This document shows, in pieces, positions 1-7,813 of a DNA stretch of 26,702 nt. The stretch's first letter is position 1. Every line of letters starts with the position of its first letter. The translations under genes and the position numbers were made by a program. Below the pieces are notes generated by a model, which was given only the letters and a program-made list of their open reading frames with translations, was not told the DNA's origin and ran no database searches. The stretch covers positions 1 to 26,702 of the forward strand of contig JAOZPT010000033.1 of the NCBI GenBank assembly GCA_029932605.1, given 5' to 3'. Origin of the DNA: Candidatus Zixiibacteriota bacterium (GTDB lineage Bacteria > Zixibacteria > MSB-5A5 > UBA10806 > 4484-95).

Positions 1-2108
1 AAAAACGCATAATTATCGGCGTATTTTTCAATCTGCATGCTGATGGGTTGGCCTTGACCGTGACCGGTCTTACGCTCTATATCGAGAAGTATCGGTGCTT
101 CAGATGAGGTGGCATTTTGCAAAGCAGCCGCCATCTTTCTGGCATGTGATGGATGCACTCGCATATCGGATTCACCCGCCTTTAAAAACACTGCTGGATA
201 GGCTGTGCCCTTGACAACATGATGGTATGGCGAGTAGGCATAAATGTATTCGAACTGCTCGGGGTCTTCCGAGCTACCGTATTCGGGTATCCAGTAACGA
301 GCGATAAGAAATTTGTGGTAGCGTACCATATCCAAAAGCGGGACACTGCAGATAACAGCTTTGAACAGGTCGGGTCTCTGCACCAAGGCGGCGCCCACCA
401 GCAGGCCGCCATTTGAGCCACCCCTGATGGCGAGTTTCTCGGGGCTTGTGTAACCTTGGCTTATTAGCCATTCAGCAGCGGCGATGAAATCATCGAAAAC
501 ATTCTGCTTGTTTTCAAGCATTCCGTCACGATGCCACTTCTCGCCATATTCCCCTCCTCCGCGTAAATTGGGAAGACAGAAAATACCGCCGTTTTCCAGC
601 CAGATGTAATTGCTACTGGAGAAATAAGGAGTTTCATTGATGGTAAATCCACCATAGCCTGTAAGCAAAGCAGGGTTGTTACCATTTAAATTCATCCCTT
701 CTTTGTGAACAATGAACATTGATACAGGGGTGCCATCTTTTGAGTTATACCAGACCTGTTTTGTCACATAACCGGAGGGGTCGACCTTAACAGGGTCCCT
801 GTAAATTTCAGAGAGAACGCCGGTGTTAAAATCATAACGGTAAATTGTTCTTGGATAGGTAAATGAGCTGAAACTTAAAAACATCTCATCATCTTTCCAG
901 CGTCCCGTTGGTTTGCCTACTGAACCAAGGGTTGGAAATTCAAGCTCCTTTATAAAAGAGCCGTTAATGTCGAAAATTTTAACCCGTGAATGGGCGTTAT
1001 GGAGGTATTTTACCACAAGCATATTATTGATTATGGCAAAGCTGCTTAACATGTCATCTGATTCAGAGATGATCTCTTTTGCGCTATCAGGATTAGGATT
1101 TTTCAGATTTATGGCTATGATTTTGAAGTTAGGAGCATTTTCGTTGGTGCGAAGGTAAAGTATGCTATCGATTATATCGCCTTCGTAATAGTTGTTAAAG
1201 CCTGAGATTAAAGTATCAATTTCGCCATGGTTGTTTAAGTCCTTAAAATAGACCTCATTTTTGCGGCTTGAACCGAGGTAACCATAAATTACCAGGTAAC
1301 GGTCATCTTTTGAAATCTGCATGCCGAATCCCAATTCTTTCATATCGGGCCTTTGGAAAATTAACTCGTCGTTTTCCGGATTCTCACCGAGCTTGTGGAG
1401 ATACACTTTTTCATAATAATTTTCATCACCAGGGGGAACAGTTCCTTGGGCGGGATGTCTTGTATAGAAAAAACCTGAATTGTCGTTTAGCCAGGCTGGT
1501 TCCGGGTAACGTGTCTCGGTGATGGTATCAGGCAGGTTCTCGCCTGTAAGGACGTTTTTGATATATAGCACTCCCTGTTCGGCACCTTTTTCCGATTTTC
1601 CGTATGCAACAAAGTCACCGTTTTTTGATGGAGTCCACCAGTCCATCGCGGTTGTGCCATCAGCACTCCAGGTGTTGGGGTCGATAACCGGTGAAAGTTC
1701 ATCGGTCAGTGTTTTTTTAGCGTAAAGGACATAGTGGTTTTGCAGACCGTCGTTTTTCATGATAAAATATCGATTATCACATTTTGTAGGTAACCCCTGA
1801 CGCGGGTAGTTCCATAGTTCCTCGAGCCTGGCTCTGATTTTTGCTCTTGCCGGTATGTTATCAAGATAAGAGCGGGTGAGTGCATTTTGTTTATCGGTCC
1901 AGGTCTGGACATCGGCGCTGTCGGTATATTCCAACCATCGGTAAGGGTCGGCTACAGGTACACCGTGAATTGTATCAACAATATCCTCTTGCCTGGAGAA
2001 CGGATAATCAGGCTTTCCCTTTGGAATTTCACCCGCAAATGAGGACAAAGCTCCAACACTTAATATTGATATAATTGTAAAACTTAAAATACCTTTATAA
2101 GTTTTCAT
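1..2108 (-). CDS. Secreted prolyl oligopeptidase (peptidase S9A); last few codons run off the left end of the window
   Basis: Not in the ORF track because there is no stop in the window. Manual translation from ATG at 2108 is open to position 3: signal peptide MKTYKGILSFTIISILSVGALSSFA, then VADPYRWLE, NLRGGGEYG, catalytic IRGGSNGGLL (Ser codon 416-414), D in ESDMRVHP and H in KTGHGQG. Confidence 0.96.
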   Translation of the reverse strand, partial: MKTYKGILSFTIISILSVGALSSFAGEIPKGKPDYPFSRQEDIVDTIHGVPVADPYRWLEYTDSADVQTWTDKQNALTRSYLDNIPARAKIRARLEELWNYPRQGLPTKCDNRYFIMKNDGLQNHYVLYAKKTLTDELSPVIDPNTWSADGTTAMDWWTPSKNGDFVAYGKSEKGAEQGVLYIKNVLTGENLPDTITETRYPEPAWLNDNSGFFYTRHPAQGTVPPGDENYYEKVYLHKLGENPENDELIFQRPDMKELGFGMQISKDDRYLVIYGYLGSSRKNEVYFKDLNNHGEIDTLISGFNNYYEGDIIDSILYLRTNENAPNFKIIAINLKNPNPDSAKEIISESDDMLSSFAIINNMLVVKYLHNAHSRVKIFDINGSFIKELEFPTLGSVGKPTGRWKDDEMFLSFSSFTYPRTIYRYDFNTGVLSEIYRDPVKVDPSGYVTKQVWYNSKDGTPVSMFIVHKEGMNLNGNNPALLTGYGGFTINETPYFSSSNYIWLENGGIFCLPNLRGGGEYGEKWHRDGMLENKQNVFDDFIAAAEWLISQGYTSPEKLAIRGGSNGGLLVGAALVQRPDLFKAVICSVPLLDMVRYHKFLIARYWIPEYGSSEDPEQFEYIYAYSPYHHVVKGTAYPAVFLKAGESDMRVHPSHARKMAAALQNATSSEAPILLDIERKTGHGQGQPISMQIEKYADNYAF

Positions 2109-2221
2109 GGCTATTCTTTCGATAACGTTTTTTTAAAATTGAAATGGACATCTTCATATCATCTTGACGAAAATAATAAAAAAATGTTTCACAAGAAAGA
2201 AATTACTTTACGTTTGGATAT

Positions 2222-2893
2222 TTATTTGACCTGAATCTCACAAAAGACACTTGAATTATCAATTTCATAAATTTTTGAAGCAACACCGAGTTTAGAGGTC
2301 AACATGACAAATTCATTGGGGCTGACCGTAAAGGCTTTAAATCCGTCTTTACAGATGATCACGCCATCGTTGGTAGCCTTAAGATTTATTTCGCCGATTA
2401 ACCCCTCCCTGGCCTGAATCTCAAACCATTCAAGGCGATATTCCCAGAACTTATCCGAATAACTTGAAAATAACACAATCCCATTTGGTTTGGTTACTCT
2501 TATAGATTCCCTGAATAAATCTCGATTGTCCACCTTGAAAGAGGATATTCCGTTCTGAATACATACCACAATATCAAAAGACCGGTCTTTGAATCCCAAA
2601 GCGATGGCATTCATTTGTAGAAGATGGCAATTTGATCCAGGTAATATTTTTTTTGCATATTCTAAGCTGGCTTTTGATGTGTCAATGCCTAACGTCGTTT
2701 TCGCTTTTTGACATAATTTCTCAAGCACCCGACCATAACCGCATCCAAGTTCCAAGACAAAATCAGTCGATTGAATTTTGTCCATAACGTGTTGAATCTC
2801 TGCGTCAAGGTATTGTTTGACACGTGGTGGTGCGATATCGTAACATCGTCGCAGTCGTTCTGCCGATAATTTATCGGAATAGTAACCTCTCAT
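2222..2893 (-). CDS. Class I SAM-dependent methyltransferase
   Basis: Motif I VLELGCGYGR, acidic GIDTS, SFDIVVC and RVTKPNG motifs; 223 aa. Confidence 0.9.
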   Translation of the reverse strand: MRGYYSDKLSAERLRRCYDIAPPRVKQYLDAEIQHVMDKIQSTDFVLELGCGYGRVLEKLCQKAKTTLGIDTSKASLEYAKKILPGSNCHLLQMNAIALGFKDRSFDIVVCIQNGISSFKVDNRDLFRESIRVTKPNGIVLFSSYSDKFWEYRLEWFEIQAREGLIGEINLKATNDGVIICKDGFKAFTVSPNEFVMLTSKLGVASKIYEIDNSSVFCEIQVK

Positions 2894-3027
2894 TATCCCT
2901 GATTTAGTTAAGGTTAATTTACTTTCAACCGAGAAATACCCAAAATTACAAATTGAGTAAATTAAAATAATGGTTTAAAACCTATCGAAAGAACCATAAT
3001 GGCAAAGTTTCAACGTTAACATGTGTT

Positions 3028-4236
3028 CTATTTACCCTCTGCCACCTTCTTTAAAACATTCTCAAGAATTTCAACGCTCTTTTGGTAGGAATAGTTATTT
3101 ACGACAAGTGCCCTGCCGTTATCACCTATCCTTCTTGCGAGCTTAGTGTCCCTAAGCAGTGTTATCGTTTTCTGTATAAAGATATTGATATCGTTAGCAA
3201 TAGCGATATTTTTCATATCCTCTGCAGATATCCCCTCGGCGCCAAGGGATGTTGTCACGACCGGAATGGCCATTGACATGGCTTCAAGTATCTTACCGCG
3301 AAATCCCTTACCTAACCTTATCGGGGCCACAAAAACGTTCGCCATTTTCAGATAATCACGGACATCGTCAACCTGGCCGGTTACTATAATGTCAGGGTCT
3401 TCTTTTGCTTTATCGAGAATATCCTGTGTAGGACCGCGGCCTATGACATAGAACTTTACATGTGGTATAGCACGTTTTATTCTGGGCCACATATCCACTA
3501 TAAAGTGCATGACCGCATCACGGTTTGGATCATGGGGATAGTTACCCAAGAATGCCAGAGCTAATTCGTTGCTTCTATATTTAGGTGGTGTGAAAAAGTC
3601 AGTGTCGGTACCATGTGGAACAACCTCGATATCAAGATCAGGAGCATATGCAAGCAATCCCTCTTTCTCCTGCGGTGTAAGGGTTAAAACCTTATCGGCA
3701 GAGCGATACATAGAAAACTCGTATTTTTCAAGCCTGTAGAGTTCAATCATAGCCTTAAAACCCTTTCTGGAAAACCGCCCGTAAAAATCCATCACCTTCT
3801 TTCTGGCGATGGTATAACACTCATGGCAGGACATCACCCGTTTCGTTTTTGGGTTTAGGTGGGGATTTCTGTAAAGGTACTGACCCATCATACCATATTC
3901 AGATATGACAATATCGTAGCCCGTCTTACGAGTCATTTGCCCGATGAGTTTTCTCATGCGGGTCGATTCGTAAGGGCATAAGTAGTAAGGGATATCTGAA
4001 AAAAAGAAATCCCATATCTTTTTTATGAAATTGTGCTCAAGTGGATATGGCATAAGCTCCATTTCTGATAAATATGGCTTTATCGTGTCAAGATATTGCT
4101 TGTCGTCTTCGTTGATAAACGAGGCCATACCGACGAAATGGTCTTTCGATAGATACTTTATCCGGTTGTAGATGAGTATTGGCCCACCTATGACTTTAGC
4201 ATGAGGAAATTCCTTGGGCACGAAAAGTATCTTCAT
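3028..4236 (-). CDS. Glycosyltransferase family 4 (GT-B fold)
   Basis: N-terminal MKILFV, VVPHGTD, FLGNYPHDPNRDA, ANVFVAPIRLGKGFRGKILEAMSMAIPVVTTSLGAEG donor-binding signature. Confidence 0.93.
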   Translation of the reverse strand: MKILFVPKEFPHAKVIGGPILIYNRIKYLSKDHFVGMASFINEDDKQYLDTIKPYLSEMELMPYPLEHNFIKKIWDFFFSDIPYYLCPYESTRMRKLIGQMTRKTGYDIVISEYGMMGQYLYRNPHLNPKTKRVMSCHECYTIARKKVMDFYGRFSRKGFKAMIELYRLEKYEFSMYRSADKVLTLTPQEKEGLLAYAPDLDIEVVPHGTDTDFFTPPKYRSNELALAFLGNYPHDPNRDAVMHFIVDMWPRIKRAIPHVKFYVIGRGPTQDILDKAKEDPDIIVTGQVDDVRDYLKMANVFVAPIRLGKGFRGKILEAMSMAIPVVTTSLGAEGISAEDMKNIAIANDINIFIQKTITLLRDTKLARRIGDNGRALVVNNYSYQKSVEILENVLKKVAEGK

Positions 4237-4279
4237 CCTTTTACCTTCTTAGATTAGAATGAATAAGACTCATGGTGTA

Positions 4280-4308
4280 ATAATAGCTTTACATCTATAG
4301 AATGTCAA
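4280..4308 (-). promoter_or_regulatory. Sigma70-type promoter for the GT4 gene
   Basis: Minus strand TTGACA (4308-4303), 17 nt, TATTAT (4285-4280). Confidence 0.7.
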
Positions 4309-4337
4309 GGCTACACCAGCAATCTTATAGAATTTAC

Positions 4338-4365
4338 TTGACAGAATATTCTGAACTTATATTTT
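4338..4365 (+). promoter_or_regulatory. Putative divergent sigma70 promoter with a 12-bp palindrome overlapping the -35 and spacer
   Basis: TTGACA 4338-4343, 16 nt, TATTTT 4360-4365; perfect palindrome CAGAATATTCTG at 4342-4353; GGGAGG ribosome-binding site before ATG 4418. Confidence 0.5.
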
Positions 4366-4417
4366 TAAATTAGCCGCCTTAAAATAGGCATTTGAAATTA
4401 TATTCAGGGAGGTTTCA

Positions 4418-6313
4418 ATGAAGAGTTATAAAATATCATTAATCGCTGTTATAATTTTAATAGTTATCACCGTTAATAGGGTTTCTGCGGCCATTAACAA
4501 ATTTTCATTGCCCATAACTCCCATGCCAGCAGATAGTAGTCCTCAACCGGATAACTTCGGATACACCTGGGTTGATAACGATAATGACGGTAGTCCTATA
4601 TTTAACTGGATAGATATTACCAGTATGGGTATTCCTGTAGAGGGGCTAATGGATGATAACACGGTGGGTCCATTTTCCCTGGGATTTGATTTCCCCTTTT
4701 ACTGGTACTATGTTGATCACCTCTGGATCGGTTCCAACGGTTATGTATCGTTTTCTTCAGACGCTAACTATTCACAGAATTTCCCTATGATACCAAATCC
4801 CACTCTGCCTAATGACCTTGTTTGTACTCTTGCTTCCGATCTTGATTTTACCTCTCCCTATGGTGAAAACCTCTGTTATTATTATTCAAATAACATCGAT
4901 ACATTTATCGTTTCATGGATAGCCGTTGCAGAATGGAATAATCCTTATTGTAATACAAGACACACTTTTCAGATGATTCTTAATGCGGTTGACTCATCGA
5001 TTACCTTCCAGTATGGTGAACAGGTTGGCGATTTCCAGTATCCTTATGGTTCCTGTCAGATTGGCATAGAGGATTTGGTAGGCCAAACCGGTTTATGTTA
5101 TATGCATAATAGAATACCACCTGAGAGGATGCCTCATGATAGTTTGGTTATTCGCATCCATCCCGACCCCGATCCTGATTTTGTGTTCCATGATGTTGGT
5201 GTTGAGGGTGGTTTGAACGAAACATCGGGTGGCGTGTTCACTCCCCTGAATCAAGAAATGACGATTAAAGCACTGATTAAAAACTATGGAACTGAGGCCG
5301 AGGAAGAGGTTAGAATTACATCTGAAATTAGAAGAGGTTTTCTAAGAGTTCATGCTGATACCAATTTTATTGACCATATAGAATCGGGTGAAGAGGTCTT
5401 GGTTGAATTCGAAAGTGAATTTATTCCTGACCGGGTCGATGTTTACTCTGTTATCTTTAAAACCACATTGATTGGAGATCAGTTCTACTATAACAACCGT
5501 GACACCACTGAGTTACGCTCCTATGTTCTTCCTATGACCATAGGTTATGCTGATACAGCATATTCATATAGTTACTGGATAGGTGGGGGTGGCGGTTGGG
5601 CTAATGAGTTTATAATACCCGAACCTATACATGTAACACGTATTATTGCTAATTTTCGGTCTAATGGTGTGTACCCATGTTATTTTTGTATTCTGCCTGC
5701 TGATGAAGAAGAAAATCCAGATGAAGAAAATATACTGTGGGGTGATACCATAACGGTGGAAAATCCTGGTGGTTGGTATACCATAGCAATTGACCAACCT
5801 ATAAATTTCTTGTCCGATGAGAAGTTTTTTGTTGTGATGTTATCTGGAGGTGAGGGAAACTTGCAAGGATTTGATCTCTCAAGGCCTTTGTCCAACCGTG
5901 GTTGGGAATACACCGGTTCGTATGCTCCATCGCGCGATCGTTTCCAGCATGATATTTGTATTAGTTTCATCTGTGATGCTGGACCTACTCCACCCCCTTG
6001 TGAGTATGTACCTGGTGATGTAAACGGGGATGGTAGTGTTATGAGAAATGATGTAACTTACAGTGTTCGATATTTCAAAGGAATCGGCTCGGTTCCTCCT
6101 GACAGTTGTCAGCTACCTGATGGTAACTGGATATATGCAGCTGGTGATGCCAACGGTAACTGTATGTTTAATGGCAATGACATCACCTTCCTTGTCTATT
6201 ACTTCAAGGGTGTCCATTCTGACATCCTTTTCTGTCCTCAGACACCACCAGCAAATCCGCTAATTTTAAGAAATAATGCAGGTAAAACACCTATGAATAT
6301 TCGAAAAAAATAA
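4418..6313 (+). CDS. Secreted acidic multidomain protein: nidogen/NIDO-like domain, Ig/CARDB-like domain, beta-sandwich and C-terminal dockerin-like module
   Basis: Signal peptide; PDNFGYTWVD..WIDIT..GFDFPFY..IGSNGYVSF..TFQMIL..ITFQY pattern; IKNYGTEAE..NNRDT Ig-like segment; C-terminal duplicated GDxNGD/N calcium-loop motifs. Confidence 0.8.
   Translation: MKSYKISLIAVIILIVITVNRVSAAINKFSLPITPMPADSSPQPDNFGYTWVDNDNDGSPIFNWIDITSMGIPVEGLMDDNTVGPFSLGFDFPFYWYYVDHLWIGSNGYVSFSSDANYSQNFPMIPNPTLPNDLVCTLASDLDFTSPYGENLCYYYSNNIDTFIVSWIAVAEWNNPYCNTRHTFQMILNAVDSSITFQYGEQVGDFQYPYGSCQIGIEDLVGQTGLCYMHNRIPPERMPHDSLVIRIHPDPDPDFVFHDVGVEGGLNETSGGVFTPLNQEMTIKALIKNYGTEAEEEVRITSEIRRGFLRVHADTNFIDHIESGEEVLVEFESEFIPDRVDVYSVIFKTTLIGDQFYYNNRDTTELRSYVLPMTIGYADTAYSYSYWIGGGGGWANEFIIPEPIHVTRIIANFRSNGVYPCYFCILPADEEENPDEENILWGDTITVENPGGWYTIAIDQPINFLSDEKFFVVMLSGGEGNLQGFDLSRPLSNRGWEYTGSYAPSRDRFQHDICISFICDAGPTPPPCEYVPGDVNGDGSVMRNDVTYSVRYFKGIGSVPPDSCQLPDGNWIYAAGDANGNCMFNGNDITFLVYYFKGVHSDILFCPQTPPANPLILRNNAGKTPMNIRKK
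5999..6250 (+). repeat. Four-Cys dockerin-like C-terminal module, copy A
   Basis: CEYVPGDVNGDGSVMRNDVTYSVRYFKG..PPDSC..AGDANGNCMFNGNDITFLVYYFKG..CPQTPP. Confidence 0.85.
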
Positions 6314-6505
6314 TGTATTTCAATCCATTGTGCTATAAACTTATATAAACAACCAGCAGACTAAGAAATAATAATTACAGTATCTTATAAATTGTAACAG
6401 TTTGTTCAACACTACATTTTTTATTGCTCCATTTCAATGTTTAATATAAATACTCAAATATGAATTTAAATCAACTGCTGAAAAAGTCCAAAAGGAGTTA
6501 ACGAG

Positions 6506-7699
6506 ATGTATGACATGATAAAGAAGTTAAGTGAGAAATATGCCACAAGTATGGTCAACCTTCGCCGGCACCTGCACCAGATACCCGAGACTGCTTTGAT
6601 GGAATTCGAGACCAAGAAGTCAATGGTTTCTCAGTTGAAAAAGTTAGGGCTTAAGGTTAGCACAAATTTCTGGAGGACATCATTGGTGGCGCTTTTGGAG
6701 GGCAAAAGCAAACTGCCCTGTGTTGCCGTAAGAACGGATATGGATGCTCTTCCGGTGCAAGAGAAAACAGGCTATTTCTTCACCTCGAAAAACCCTGGCT
6801 GTATGCATGCCTGTGGTCATGATGCCCATATGGCGTCGGTTTGGGGTGCGGCGAAGATACTCAGCGAGTTAAAGGAAAATCTTGGAGGCTCTGTGAAATT
6901 CATTTACCAGCCATCCGAGGAGGAGCCTCCAGGTGGAGCCATCCCCATGATTGCTGCTGGTGTTTTGAAAAACCCAAAGGTCTCTGCCATATTTGGCCTT
7001 CATGTTGACACCACGATACCATCTGGCAAAATCGGTCTGAAGGATGGTCCGCTTATGGCACGTGTGGGTGATTTCAACCTGACTGTTTATGGAAAGTCGG
7101 GCCATGGCGCTCGCCCCCAGGAGACGGTTGATTCGGTAGTGGTGGCATCGCATCTCGTGACCGCTTTTCAGGAGATAGCATCACGCCAGGTCAATCCTCT
7201 TGACCCGGTAGTGGTCACAATCGGTAAAATCGAGGGAGGGACAGCACGTAATATTATTGCCGGGCATGTCACTTTGTATGGGACTGTGCGCATGCTTGAC
7301 GATAGACTTGCGAAGAAGATGCCTGGAATGATAAAGAAAATCGCCAATGGTGTTTGCAATACATTCGGGGCAAAATATGAGCTTGATTACCAAACTGGGT
7401 ATCCGGTTTTAATGAATAGTCCTGAGATTAACAGCATTCTGGCCAGTGTAACAAAACGTATGTATGGCAGGAGTGCTGTTGAAACGATAAAAAGGCCGGG
7501 AATGGGTGCGGAAGATTTCGCCTGTTACCTCGAGAAGGTCCCCGGGGCTATGTTTATGCTGGGTGTGAAAAACAAGAAAATTGGCGCAGATAAACCCTGG
7601 CACCATCCGCAGTTTAAGCTCGATGAGAAAGCTATCCCCATGGGAGCGGCTATACTTGCAGGAGCTGTGTGGGAGTATTTTGAAAAAAAGATGAAATAA
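6506..7699 (+). CDS. M20D family amidohydrolase (Ama/HipO/Acy1-like)
   Basis: RRHLHQIPE, RTDMDALP, MHACGHDAH, QPSEE, GLH, GHGARP, GAEDF and HHPQF motifs; AGGAG ribosome-binding site. Confidence 0.95.
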   Translation: MYDMIKKLSEKYATSMVNLRRHLHQIPETALMEFETKKSMVSQLKKLGLKVSTNFWRTSLVALLEGKSKLPCVAVRTDMDALPVQEKTGYFFTSKNPGCMHACGHDAHMASVWGAAKILSELKENLGGSVKFIYQPSEEEPPGGAIPMIAAGVLKNPKVSAIFGLHVDTTIPSGKIGLKDGPLMARVGDFNLTVYGKSGHGARPQETVDSVVVASHLVTAFQEIASRQVNPLDPVVVTIGKIEGGTARNIIAGHVTLYGTVRMLDDRLAKKMPGMIKKIANGVCNTFGAKYELDYQTGYPVLMNSPEINSILASVTKRMYGRSAVETIKRPGMGAEDFACYLEKVPGAMFMLGVKNKKIGADKPWHHPQFKLDEKAIPMGAAILAGAVWEYFEKKMK

Positions 7700-7813
7700 C
7701 AGGATTTATAAAATCTTTACTTCGATTCAATAGCTGATACTTTTATCTATAAAATTAAAAGCTGCTGGGATTAATTTCCAACGGCGTGAGATAATGTTTT
7801 CAGAGTTGTCTTT

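Noticed and set aside
1..2108. Apparent 2-kb stretch with only short ORFs (pseudogene or recoded gene?)
   Set aside because: A manual codon scan shows one uninterrupted minus-strand frame; the track missed it only because the stop lies outside the window. The short ORFs listed here are shadows.
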